Below, in pieces: positions 9,657-18,837 of a stretch of 64,000 bases of DNA; positions within the stretch are counted from its first letter, which is position 1, and each line of letters starts with the position of its first letter. Both the position numbers and the translations under genes were made by a program. Below the pieces are notes generated by a model that was given only the letters and a program-made list of their open reading frames with translations, searched no databases and was not told the origin of the DNA. The stretch is from a virus. The stretch is taken from IMG/VR virus record IMGVR_UViG_3300028920_000038, positions 73,848 to 137,847 of that record. One strand, 5' to 3'.

Positions 9657-10347
9657 AAAAGCTGTAATTCCTGCAGCTGGTTTAGGTACTAGATTCTATC
9701 CTATAACCAAATGTATACCAAAAGAAATGTTACCTATAAAAAATAAGCCTATAATTCATTATGTCATTGATGAAGCAATTCAATCTGGAATTACTGATAT
9801 AGCAATTATAACAAGAAAAGGCAAAACAGTAATAGAAGATTATATAGATGAAATGAATTTTGAGGCTAATTTCTATTACTTAAGACAGAAATACCCAATG
9901 GGATTAGGTCATGCAGTACTAACAGCAGAAGGATTTATAGGAGAAGAAGACTTTGCTGTACTTTTAGGAGATGATCTATTAGATAATAATAGGGATCTAC
10001 AAAATATGATGAAATTAAATCACTGCATAGCAGTGGAATCTGTAGTAGATCCGAGTAAATATGGAGTAGTATCTATTAAAGATAATAAAATAATAGATAT
10101 AATTGAAAAACCAAAAAAGAATGCTCCGAGTAATTACGGAGTAGTGGGTAGATACATTCTACCTTATAAAATATTTAAATATATTAAAAAACAAAAGACA
10201 GATGAAAATGATGAGATTCAACTAACATACGCAATTCGGGATATGATAAGAGAAGGATATTCTTTTAGTCCTTATTATCTAACCGGAAAGCGTTATGACT
10301 GTGGAACTCCAGATTCGTATAAGGGCTGTTTTTTGGACTATTTTTAA
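9640..10347 (+). CDS. galU: UTP-glucose-1-phosphate uridylyltransferase-like sugar-phosphate nucleotidyltransferase
   Basis: KAVIPAAGLGTRF, PKEMLP, Q..P.GLGHAV, LGDD, IIEKP, EIQLT, DCG motifs; GTG start. Confidence 0.85.
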   Translation: MRSQIKKAVIPAAGLGTRFYPITKCIPKEMLPIKNKPIIHYVIDEAIQSGITDIAIITRKGKTVIEDYIDEMNFEANFYYLRQKYPMGLGHAVLTAEGFIGEEDFAVLLGDDLLDNNRDLQNMMKLNHCIAVESVVDPSKYGVVSIKDNKIIDIIEKPKKNAPSNYGVVGRYILPYKIFKYIKKQKTDENDEIQLTYAIRDMIREGYSFSPYYLTGKRYDCGTPDSYKGCFLDYF

Positions 10348-10462
10348 GTACCCTTACCTATACCATTCGTTTTAAAAAAAGGTGTTATAGTAACTAATTT
10401 TGAGTCAATTTTTAGGAACTATTCCTAATTTTTGAGCTTTTTTTTAAATAGGGTCACCTTAA
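10348..10462. terminator. Convergent intergenic region with oligo-T tracts and a short hairpin; candidate terminator
   Basis: Lies between convergent stop codons; TTAGGAA-cta-TTCCTAA inverted repeat flanked by T runs, plus an A7 run (T7 on the minus strand). Confidence 0.4.
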
Positions 10463-10948
10463 TTATAACCCTGAAGATCCACTAACAAACCCTTCTATTT
10501 TTGTGTGGATCCAATCTATAGTATCTAAAGTAGTTGTAGTTATATTTTTTACATATAGGAGAGTGTTTTTTCTCATATTTTTTAGATTAGACCCATTCAT
10601 AGCAGATGAGCTTGGTGTAGGATATAATCTTAAAGTATTCTCTCCAGTCCATGTCTGATCATAATAAGTAGGTCTACCAAGAATCTTATATAACTCTCCA
10701 GTTGCTCCAGGGGTTACATTAGACATTAGGGTATTTAATTGTGTTTCATCTAACCAAGTTGAGACTGTTACAGAGTAATTCTCAACATCCCAGCGAGAAC
10801 ACTTACAATCTATAAAATCGTCTCCATCTAAGGAATTATAAAAAATAGCTAAATCATTTTCAAATTTAAATAACGTAGGGATATCTCTAAAAGTGATACC
10901 TTCATCATCATCGAAATGATAAGTAAAAGAATAGTGACTTGTTGGCAT
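10463..10948 (-). CDS. Tail-tip protein, conserved ~120-aa domain (paralog 1; Dit/gpM-like by inference)
   Basis: FIDCKCSRW...NVTPGATGELYKILGRPTYYDQTWTGENTL...KIEGFVSGSS, near-identical to the C-termini of 16727 and 17611. Confidence 0.55.
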   Translation of the reverse strand: MPTSHYSFTYHFDDDEGITFRDIPTLFKFENDLAIFYNSLDGDDFIDCKCSRWDVENYSVTVSTWLDETQLNTLMSNVTPGATGELYKILGRPTYYDQTWTGENTLRLYPTPSSSAMNGSNLKNMRKNTLLYVKNITTTTLDTIDWIHTKIEGFVSGSSGL

Positions 10949-10995
10949 ATTAATCTAAATGTGGATATATTATGATATTACGATAATACCATAAT

Positions 10996-11214
10996 CTAAG
11001 TTATTACATCCTCATCTATTTCAGGACTTAATGATTCTTGTGCTATTCTTATTTTACCACTTTTATATATTCTCTTAATTGTAAAAACTATTTTATCTTT
11101 AATCCACTGATTATCAGTTCCTTCCCAATCGTCTGGTATTGGATATATTTTAAGGAATCCAGCTTTGAATTCTTCCAATTTTTCATCAGGAACTGTTAAT
11201 GTTAATTCTACCAT
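10996..11214 (-). CDS. Small hypothetical protein (possible fibre assembly factor)
   Basis: 72-aa ORF with a GAGG-type RBS in the tail block. Confidence 0.5.
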   Translation of the reverse strand: MVELTLTVPDEKLEEFKAGFLKIYPIPDDWEGTDNQWIKDKIVFTIKRIYKSGKIRIAQESLSPEIDEDVIT

Positions 11215-11252
11215 TTTAACCTCTTCTTTCTTTAATTTATAAACATATTAAA

Positions 11253-11930
11253 TTAAATATTATATGAACCTGAAACCCAAGCCCATGAAGTAGGGTTTCC
11301 ACTTGGATAAAAATAATTCGAAGATGAACTAATAACTCCCCATTTCCAATTAGTCGGTTCATCTGAAGTTGCTCTAATTCCACTATCAACATTGAATTGA
11401 CCTGAATTCCACACCCAAGATGTAGGAGAGCCAACAAGAGTTATGAATTTACTATAATAACTGCCTTCCTCTTCACAAGTATAATATACGTACATTTTAA
11501 CATAATCTACATACATACCTCCTTCATTGATATCTGTATTAGCAACAGCTTTTAATGCTATTCCAGATGGAAAATCAGATAGATCCTCACCCCAATCATC
11601 ATCTTGTGCTCCAGCTGTCTCTATACTATGATCTGGATATTCAGTAAATTCTCCTGTTTCTTTACCGTCTGAAAAAGTCTGACCACTATCTATTGATATA
11701 TACATTATTAAAGATGGAGAACTTCCTTCTACAGTTCCTTTAGCTTTAGCTTCTGCTACTATGCCATCTACTTGATAAATTTCACAATCAAGATTAAAAT
11801 CATGTCCTCCTACTGTAACGTATTCTCCATCGGAAAGAATTGTTGAACAACCTCCATCCTCCAAAACGCAACCAGAATAATTTACATCAGAATCTATTAC
11901 ATTACTAAAAAAAGTGCTATCAGATGACAT
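11253..11930 (-). CDS. Virion protein: beta-sandwich domain plus Trp-rich C-terminal module
   Basis: MYVDYVKMYVYY jelly-roll-like ending; C-terminal SPTSWVWNSGQFNVDSGIRATS module shared with 38897. Confidence 0.55.
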   Translation of the reverse strand: MSSDSTFFSNVIDSDVNYSGCVLEDGGCSTILSDGEYVTVGGHDFNLDCEIYQVDGIVAEAKAKGTVEGSSPSLIMYISIDSGQTFSDGKETGEFTEYPDHSIETAGAQDDDWGEDLSDFPSGIALKAVANTDINEGGMYVDYVKMYVYYTCEEEGSYYSKFITLVGSPTSWVWNSGQFNVDSGIRATSDEPTNWKWGVISSSSNYFYPSGNPTSWAWVSGSYNI

Positions 11931-11934
11931 AGTA

Positions 11935-12468
11935 TCAAATTAGATTAATTAAATCGTTACTTAAATTTTGTCCATAGTAAATTTCATTGTTTACTACAGA
12001 ACTCGATGCATTTGCATAATTGTAAAGCCAATGGAATTCATAAGTTTCTAGCATATTATAAGATAGATATCCTTGTATTCTATCTACTTCTTCATTATAT
12101 TTTAATGTACTAAAGCTATACTCTAACAGAGAATGAGCTTCGCTGATACCGCTAGAATTACCAAAATCATATAATATTAATTCACAAATAGCCAAATCAT
12201 CTTTAATATCCCACTGAAAATAAGATGTCATATTAGAACCACTAAATGCACCATAACCAACTTTATTAGCTGATGGATGGTTACATAAACTAACGTTAGA
12301 TATATCACTAGAATAAATACGTTTTCCCTTCCACAAATCTACTAATTCATTATCATCAAGATGTCTATTAGTATGGTTGGAATTACTACTTTGCCATGAT
12401 CTATAATATTCATACAAATAATACACATCAACGATATCATCTTCAATTATTTCTCTATATGTAATCAT
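11935..12468 (-). CDS. Hypothetical protein, possible degenerate GNAT fold
   Basis: MITYREIIEDD start, GYGAF...YF beta strands, SLLEYSFSTLK helix; canonical acetyl-CoA motif A is weak. Confidence 0.35.
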   Translation of the reverse strand: MITYREIIEDDIVDVYYLYEYYRSWQSSNSNHTNRHLDDNELVDLWKGKRIYSSDISNVSLCNHPSANKVGYGAFSGSNMTSYFQWDIKDDLAICELILYDFGNSSGISEAHSLLEYSFSTLKYNEEVDRIQGYLSYNMLETYEFHWLYNYANASSSVVNNEIYYGQNLSNDLINLI

Positions 12469-12480
12469 AATTAATCGTTA

Positions 12481-15400
12481 TTAAGTAGACAGACCTAGCT
12501 GTATCCATTCCCAGCTATTCGCATCATTCTTAACTGACATAAATATCCATGTCTTCTCATCAGTGCCACCAGATACTCTAATTATCTCACCCTTATGATT
12601 TGTAGCAGTAGGTTTAGATGAATATAGATTAGTTAATACCTGCATACCTGATATTTGACTACTAGTTGCCATAGAATTAATAATAGATCCACTTATCTTC
12701 GTATTACCGGATAAATAGATATTTCCGTATCCACCAGTATTTATAGAAACTGACCCACTACCAATAATATTAATATATGGATATGAATCTAATGTATCTC
12801 CATATAACCATAATTCACTTCCAGTAGATGAATCGCCCATAATAACAGATTGATTTGCACCAGCATTATATTGAAATTTAAAAGATTGAGTATCTTCTTC
12901 ATAAAATTTTATATCATTTTTTGTCCGTAATTCTATTTCCTCGTCTCCTTTTAGACGTATGTGTGGGAAATCAGTAGCAGTATTCGCATATATTCTCAAA
13001 TCGTTTCCTGCTTCATCAGGTCCATATAATTTAGCAATTGTAGAAGTACCTGAGAATGTAAATTGAGTATCAGTCTTATTTCTTATTCTAAAGAATCCAC
13101 CATCATTTGGCCCATAAGATGCAACAATAGAACCAGAACCATTCAAAGTTATATATGGATAATCATCATCTGAGTTTGCTTTTATTTCTAAATCATCACT
13201 AGTATCAGCCCCTCCTTGGATAAAACTATCTGCGCCATTAAGATAAAATTTAGCAATCTGTGCTGCTTCATTAAAAATCTTAAAACTTGTAGCGTCTTGA
13301 ATTTTTAAATAAGATGCATCTCCAATATTCATTTCGATACGTGGATAATTTGCACCATCTCTTGCATAAATCCACAAATCAGCACTAGCATTTGTATTAC
13401 CATAGAACTTTGAAATAGGATCATCTATAGTAAACTTGAACATTTGAGTAGAACCGCTCTTGAAATAAATGTTTTCAGTTGTACCTATAACTGTATCTCC
13501 ATCTGCTTGTATAGCAATTCCACTAACTCCACCAGCTACTAGATTTGCTTGGTCTGATTTTAATGCTAGGTAGGTATCTGAATCCCCTACGTGTTCTACT
13601 TTCTCAGTAGTTTTTAGATAACTACCTCGAATATTAACTCCGGATATATATGAGGCATTATGAATTCCTTTGCTATTCCAATCCTTATGGTCATCTATAC
13701 TTAAAGCAGATAATGTAGATACACCACCACCTGAACCACCAGATGGCATAGCTACCCAAGCTGAGCCATTCCACATAATACCGGAATTAGTAAATTCATC
13801 AGAATCCCATCCATCGATTTCAGTATCTTCACGGATATGATCTAAACTTCCACCACCACCTGAACCAGCTCCACTTGCAGTTAAGGATATCCAATCACCA
13901 GAATTAGCACTACAGAGATATATATCGCAATTTGTAGTGGAACCTGACATCCATAGATTACCTGCAATTTTTGAAGGTTCAGATCCACCAGGTTTAATAT
14001 ATACCATATTACTGGACATTCTAAATAATGTATCGTGATTATCATATATTCTAAATTGTTGACTACTTGGTATTGTAAGAACTGCATTACCAGAACCTAA
14101 TAATTCCAATTGACATTTTCCTTTAGGTCCGTTATCCACACCATAATTAGGTTTTATTCTCATTCCACTGGCTGATTTATTGGTACCATATATATATGAA
14201 TATGTTCCTACACGGTCAAATAGAAACATTACATTAGATCCATCACTCATGTAGATATCAGGATTACCAGCTACACCTTGAAGATTAATATAACTATTGC
14301 CTACCATATGTATTCTAGGCCAAGTATCAGTAGAATTTGCATTAATACGTAATTTCTCACCAGTACCAGCACCACCTTCTAATATAGAACCAATACTAGA
14401 ACCTGAGTAAAATTTGAATGCTTGGACTCCATTTTCATCTATACGGAAATCATTGCCAGTACCATAGTTAATCTCTACAGAACCACCACCAAACATTCTT
14501 AACCAAGGTATCATATCTGTACTATTTGCATGAATATAAAGGTCTCCAGTAGAATTACTTCTACCCTCTATTACAGAATTATCACTACCAGAAAGATAAA
14601 ACTTAGCTATTTGAGTATCTTTACTCTTAATATAAACATTTCCAGATGCATTAATATCGATATGAGAACTATCGTAAAGAGTTATTAGAGGCCAAAGTTT
14701 ATCATCAGTTCCTTGTATGTTGAGATTACCAGCAGAGCCACCTTCTATGTAATTATTACCACCTTGTTTATTAAATTTGAACATCTGCGTTGTATTATTA
14801 AGAAACTGTATGACACTTCCATCAGCACAACCCATCTCTACATTTCCACTACCGTATAAAAATAAACCTGCTCTTTTATCAGTATCATTTGCATAGATGT
14901 ACAAGTCTCCTCCAGTAGGGTCTGGTCCTCGAATATATGAGTTACCAGCAGTATAATTAAATCGAAACATCTGCGTGCCTTGTTCCTTGAAGTAAATATC
15001 AGCGTAGGAATCTATATTTATATTACTACTTCCAACCATATCAATATATGGATATGAATAATCTTCATGTGCTTTCCAATTAAATCGAGCTCCATTTGTT
15101 GCAGCTCCATCTAGATGAACATCACTATAATTATTATCTGTATAAACTCTAGCAGAATTATGACCTTGATTTCCAAATACTACTTTAGAATTACCAGATG
15201 CGGAAATATAAATATTTCCAGGTACTGTTGCATCACCATCTCCTATCATCCAAATCATTGGATAGGAATCAACTGAATTTGCCTGTATGATTAAATCATT
15301 CTCGTTTGTAGAACCTCCATAAAGATAAGATTGATTAGTACCATAAACAAACTTAAATGACTGTGTGCCTTTGTCAGTGAAATAGATGTCATTATTAGAA

Positions 15401-16707
15401 CCTAATATCAAATCACTATCAGAAGATATATAAGGGATATTAGTGATACCATGTCCATCCCAATCTTTATCTATATCTATAGATAAATCGCTTAAATTGG
15501 AAGCTCCACCTTCTGCTGCTTCTGTTAGAGATTTCCATTCACCTCCTGTACCTGATTTGTAGTATAAATCAGATGAGGATAAGCTTCCAGAGAACCAGAT
15601 AACACCACCAACATTCGGTGGTTGATTACTAGATGGCATTATTCTAAAATATGAATAGTAAGGGCTAAAATCAAGTTTAGTAGATCCTTCTAACCATACT
15701 CTAAAATTGGAGTCCGTATTAGCTGGAATATCAAATCCTGCAATTCCATAACTAGTACCAGAACCATAAAGTCTTATCATTGGATATGTATTATTTTCAC
15801 TTGCTATTATTTGTAAATTTCCAGATACATTAGATCCATATATTTTAGAAAGAGAAAGAGATTTAGCAAATTTAAACATCTGCGTGCCCTGTTCTCTAAA
15901 AAAGATGTCCGCTTCAGAATCTAAAATAAGATTAGTATTAGCAGTATCGGTATTAATTATAGACTCTCCACCAACTAGCTTAAACTCAAACATTGGACTT
16001 GCTTGCTCATAAAAATTAATATTCTGATATGCAGCTAAAGTAATATCCCCCTGGCCATAAACACCAAGATATCCATTTGCGGCAGCATTAGTATTTGCTT
16101 GTATGACAACATCATGATTTGCATCAGTGCCTCCTTTAATATAGCTCTTATCACTTCCATCCCATTCAAACTTAAACATCTGCGTATTCTGTTCTTTGAA
16201 GAGTATATCCGCATAGCTAGTTACAGTAATATTTTCTTGTCCTTCAATAAAGATATTTCCATTTAATTGAGAATTACTATTAGCAGCTAACATTAAATTC
16301 ATTGTTGCACTAGTACCACCATACATAATTTTATTACTTCCAGCAGATGTGAATGTGAATATACGATTATCCTTTAATCTGAAATAAATATCTCCATAGG
16401 TATCTAGGTATATATTTCCACTACCTTCCAATATCATTCTACTATAAGGAGATAATGAGTTCGCCATAATATGTATATCTTCTCTATAACTATCTGCTCC
16501 GTAAAGAATTGATTTAGTTCCTGCATCATATTCAAATTTAAAAAATTGGTTGCCATCATCTTCAAAGTAAATATCATCAGAAGTATTAAAATGTTTCCAG
16601 CGAGCAGACTCACTCGGATTATGACAAATTGCACCTGACATAGTATTCCAATTGGTATAGGTGATAGTATCACCACTAGCCATCGTATCGAACCAATTTG
16701 TAGCCAT
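12481..16707 (-). CDS. 1408-aa tail fibre/spike with many ~55-60-aa beta repeats
   Basis: Repeated DIYFxEQGTQMFKF...GG....DL.I.ANS.D.YPYI.L.GSG units; Gly-rich linkers. Confidence 0.7.
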   Translation of the reverse strand: MATNWFDTMASGDTITYTNWNTMSGAICHNPSESARWKHFNTSDDIYFEDDGNQFFKFEYDAGTKSILYGADSYREDIHIMANSLSPYSRMILEGSGNIYLDTYGDIYFRLKDNRIFTFTSAGSNKIMYGGTSATMNLMLAANSNSQLNGNIFIEGQENITVTSYADILFKEQNTQMFKFEWDGSDKSYIKGGTDANHDVVIQANTNAAANGYLGVYGQGDITLAAYQNINFYEQASPMFEFKLVGGESIINTDTANTNLILDSEADIFFREQGTQMFKFAKSLSLSKIYGSNVSGNLQIIASENNTYPMIRLYGSGTSYGIAGFDIPANTDSNFRVWLEGSTKLDFSPYYSYFRIMPSSNQPPNVGGVIWFSGSLSSSDLYYKSGTGGEWKSLTEAAEGGASNLSDLSIDIDKDWDGHGITNIPYISSDSDLILGSNNDIYFTDKGTQSFKFVYGTNQSYLYGGSTNENDLIIQANSVDSYPMIWMIGDGDATVPGNIYISASGNSKVVFGNQGHNSARVYTDNNYSDVHLDGAATNGARFNWKAHEDYSYPYIDMVGSSNINIDSYADIYFKEQGTQMFRFNYTAGNSYIRGPDPTGGDLYIYANDTDKRAGLFLYGSGNVEMGCADGSVIQFLNNTTQMFKFNKQGGNNYIEGGSAGNLNIQGTDDKLWPLITLYDSSHIDINASGNVYIKSKDTQIAKFYLSGSDNSVIEGRSNSTGDLYIHANSTDMIPWLRMFGGGSVEINYGTGNDFRIDENGVQAFKFYSGSSIGSILEGGAGTGEKLRINANSTDTWPRIHMVGNSYINLQGVAGNPDIYMSDGSNVMFLFDRVGTYSYIYGTNKSASGMRIKPNYGVDNGPKGKCQLELLGSGNAVLTIPSSQQFRIYDNHDTLFRMSSNMVYIKPGGSEPSKIAGNLWMSGSTTNCDIYLCSANSGDWISLTASGAGSGGGGSLDHIREDTEIDGWDSDEFTNSGIMWNGSAWVAMPSGGSGGGVSTLSALSIDDHKDWNSKGIHNASYISGVNIRGSYLKTTEKVEHVGDSDTYLALKSDQANLVAGGVSGIAIQADGDTVIGTTENIYFKSGSTQMFKFTIDDPISKFYGNTNASADLWIYARDGANYPRIEMNIGDASYLKIQDATSFKIFNEAAQIAKFYLNGADSFIQGGADTSDDLEIKANSDDDYPYITLNGSGSIVASYGPNDGGFFRIRNKTDTQFTFSGTSTIAKLYGPDEAGNDLRIYANTATDFPHIRLKGDEEIELRTKNDIKFYEEDTQSFKFQYNAGANQSVIMGDSSTGSELWLYGDTLDSYPYINIIGSGSVSINTGGYGNIYLSGNTKISGSIINSMATSSQISGMQVLTNLYSSKPTATNHKGEIIRVSGGTDEKTWIFMSVKNDANSWEWIQLGLST

Positions 16708-16726
16708 ATTTATCTATTTCCTATAA

Positions 16727-17611
16727 TTATAAATTAGAAGATCCCGAGACGAATCCCTCTATTTTTACATTCAAAAAACCTGAAGGACCCTCGAAAGGAG
16801 AGTCGGTAATACTTTTAACATATATTAAACATTCTTTACGCATATTTTTAAGATTTGAACCGTGTTCTGAATTTGGAACTATTCTTAGAGTGTTTTCTCC
16901 ACTCCAAGTTTGATCGTAATAGGTAGGTCTTCCTAATATTTTAAAGAGTTCACCAGCAGCTCCTGGTGTTATATTATTTTTTAAAGTTTGTAAATCGGAT
17001 TTATTCATGAAGGTTTCTAATACAATAGAATAATTTTCTTGAGTCCATCGAGTGCAGAAACAGTCAATAAAATTACCCAAGGATAAACTAGAATAATATA
17101 TTGCAATATCTTTTGAATGAAGAAAGTAGTTATATTGAGCATAGAAGAAATGTCCATAGTTATAAATATCATAATTAGTTTGACTATCCAAAGTTGGGTA
17201 TTTGGAAGCAAAATCTCCACTATCGTTATCAGAGTAATCTTTACTATTATCGTACCAGACCTTACCACCACCAGTAGTCCAGTAAATAAATTTACCGTTT
17301 TCATCACTCCAAATGGCTATAATATATGTTGTACCAGCAGTAATAGATGATGGCCCAAAGTTGGCAGTATTCCATGTATCATCAGTACCAGCTCCATCAA
17401 TTTCACTTGTCTGAGCTACAATTTCTCTTGTACTAGACACATATACTGCTCCCCTAACTTTTTCTCCTGGATCCCAATCTGAATCTCCTCTAACGTACAT
17501 TTTATCTAATGTACCTGTATATTTAGCAGTATCATAATGATATATTATAGTATCTGTATAATTAAAAGAATCACCAGAACTACCAGATCGTCCAATTAAG
17601 TCAGTTGACAT
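16727..17611 (-). CDS. Tail-tip protein: beta-sandwich N-domain plus conserved ~120-aa C-domain (paralog 2)
   Basis: C-terminus FIDCFCTRW...NITPGAAGELFKILGRPTYYDQTWSGENTL; N-terminus RGAVY...EIVAQT...FGPSSITAGTTYIIAIWSD shared with 17611. Confidence 0.6.
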   Translation of the reverse strand: MSTDLIGRSGSSGDSFNYTDTIIYHYDTAKYTGTLDKMYVRGDSDWDPGEKVRGAVYVSSTREIVAQTSEIDGAGTDDTWNTANFGPSSITAGTTYIIAIWSDENGKFIYWTTGGGKVWYDNSKDYSDNDSGDFASKYPTLDSQTNYDIYNYGHFFYAQYNYFLHSKDIAIYYSSLSLGNFIDCFCTRWTQENYSIVLETFMNKSDLQTLKNNITPGAAGELFKILGRPTYYDQTWSGENTLRIVPNSEHGSNLKNMRKECLIYVKSITDSPFEGPSGFLNVKIEGFVSGSSNL

Positions 17612-18837
17612 TATGTATCCAACCTAGTTCCTTCAATCTTTATATGGAACTTTTCCCAATTAATAAAATCGTCGCTTATATTTTTTACAGCTATTATACG
17701 TTTTTCTCTGAGAGATGATAATCCATAACCTGAAATTGGTTCTAAAATTAATGTATTTCCAGAAGAATATGTCGAATCTATAAAGGTGGGTTTGCCTAAT
17801 ATTTTATATAATTCACGGACTGCTCCAGGAGTTACATTTTTAAATAATGTATTTCTAGCTCCTGAAGATAGAAAAGTTTCTACTATAACATTATAATTAT
17901 CCTCATCCCATCTTGTAGCCCAGCAATCTATATAATTAGCGGGATATTGATTGCAGGAGTAATGGATTCTAAGAGAGTTTCCTTCTTTGTATGTATATCC
18001 AGCGGAAGTACCGAAGGTAATAGTAGAATCAAACCAATCTTCACCTCCACCTAAGTTATTAGAAGATATATACACCCTATAACAATATGAGGTATTTGGA
18101 TTTAAATCAGTTAATTGTTGAGTAAGATATTCTCCACTAGTTACAATTTCTTCATATTGACTACTATAACGCCATTCACTTGGGTCAGTGCCTCCTCCAG
18201 TGCTTCCTGTTTCATAATAGAATTTTACATTACCTGGACCTCCTGTACATTTTGCTGATAAAGTGACAATTGATACTCCAGATGCAACACACCCACTAAC
18301 ATTTGTTATTGTAGCTGTAGGGTTTTCTAAATATGAAGCATACATTTGTATTAATTTTTCTGAACCAATCTGAGTAAAGTCTGGATCTAAGGTAGGTAAA
18401 TATAGAGAAAAATCTCCACTACTACTAGCATAAAAATTCCTACCTGAATCCCACCAATAATATTTTCCAGCTACAGTCTCTATACCAAGGGTTTTAATAC
18501 TATCATCACCCCAAATTGCAACAATATATGTCTCATTAGCAGATATAGAAGATGGACCGAATTGACCAGAAACCCATTCAATATTTCCTCCAGATGGTCC
18601 ACTAAATGGATCTGTTTGAGCAATTAACTCTCTATTAGATGATAAATATACTGCAGCTCTAGCAAATTCAGTATGGTCCCATCTTTGTGTTTCAGTTGCC
18701 CCACTATAAACTCTAAGGAAAAATTGGTCTAATATTCCCGCTGAATTACTAGAACCATATATATACTTTATTTGATTACTAAGTGCAGTAAAGGTACTGC
18801 CTGCATTAGAACTAAATCCTATTTCATTATATGTCAT
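17611..18837 (-). CDS. Tail-tip protein: beta-sandwich + FN3-like domain + conserved C-domain (paralog 3)
   Basis: LTDLNPNTSYCYRVY FN3 motif; C-terminus YIDCWATRW...NVTPGAVRELYKILGKPT. Confidence 0.6.
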   Translation of the reverse strand: MTYNEIGFSSNAGSTFTALSNQIKYIYGSSNSAGILDQFFLRVYSGATETQRWDHTEFARAAVYLSSNRELIAQTDPFSGPSGGNIEWVSGQFGPSSISANETYIVAIWGDDSIKTLGIETVAGKYYWWDSGRNFYASSSGDFSLYLPTLDPDFTQIGSEKLIQMYASYLENPTATITNVSGCVASGVSIVTLSAKCTGGPGNVKFYYETGSTGGGTDPSEWRYSSQYEEIVTSGEYLTQQLTDLNPNTSYCYRVYISSNNLGGGEDWFDSTITFGTSAGYTYKEGNSLRIHYSCNQYPANYIDCWATRWDEDNYNVIVETFLSSGARNTLFKNVTPGAVRELYKILGKPTFIDSTYSSGNTLILEPISGYGLSSLREKRIIAVKNISDDFINWEKFHIKIEGTRLDT

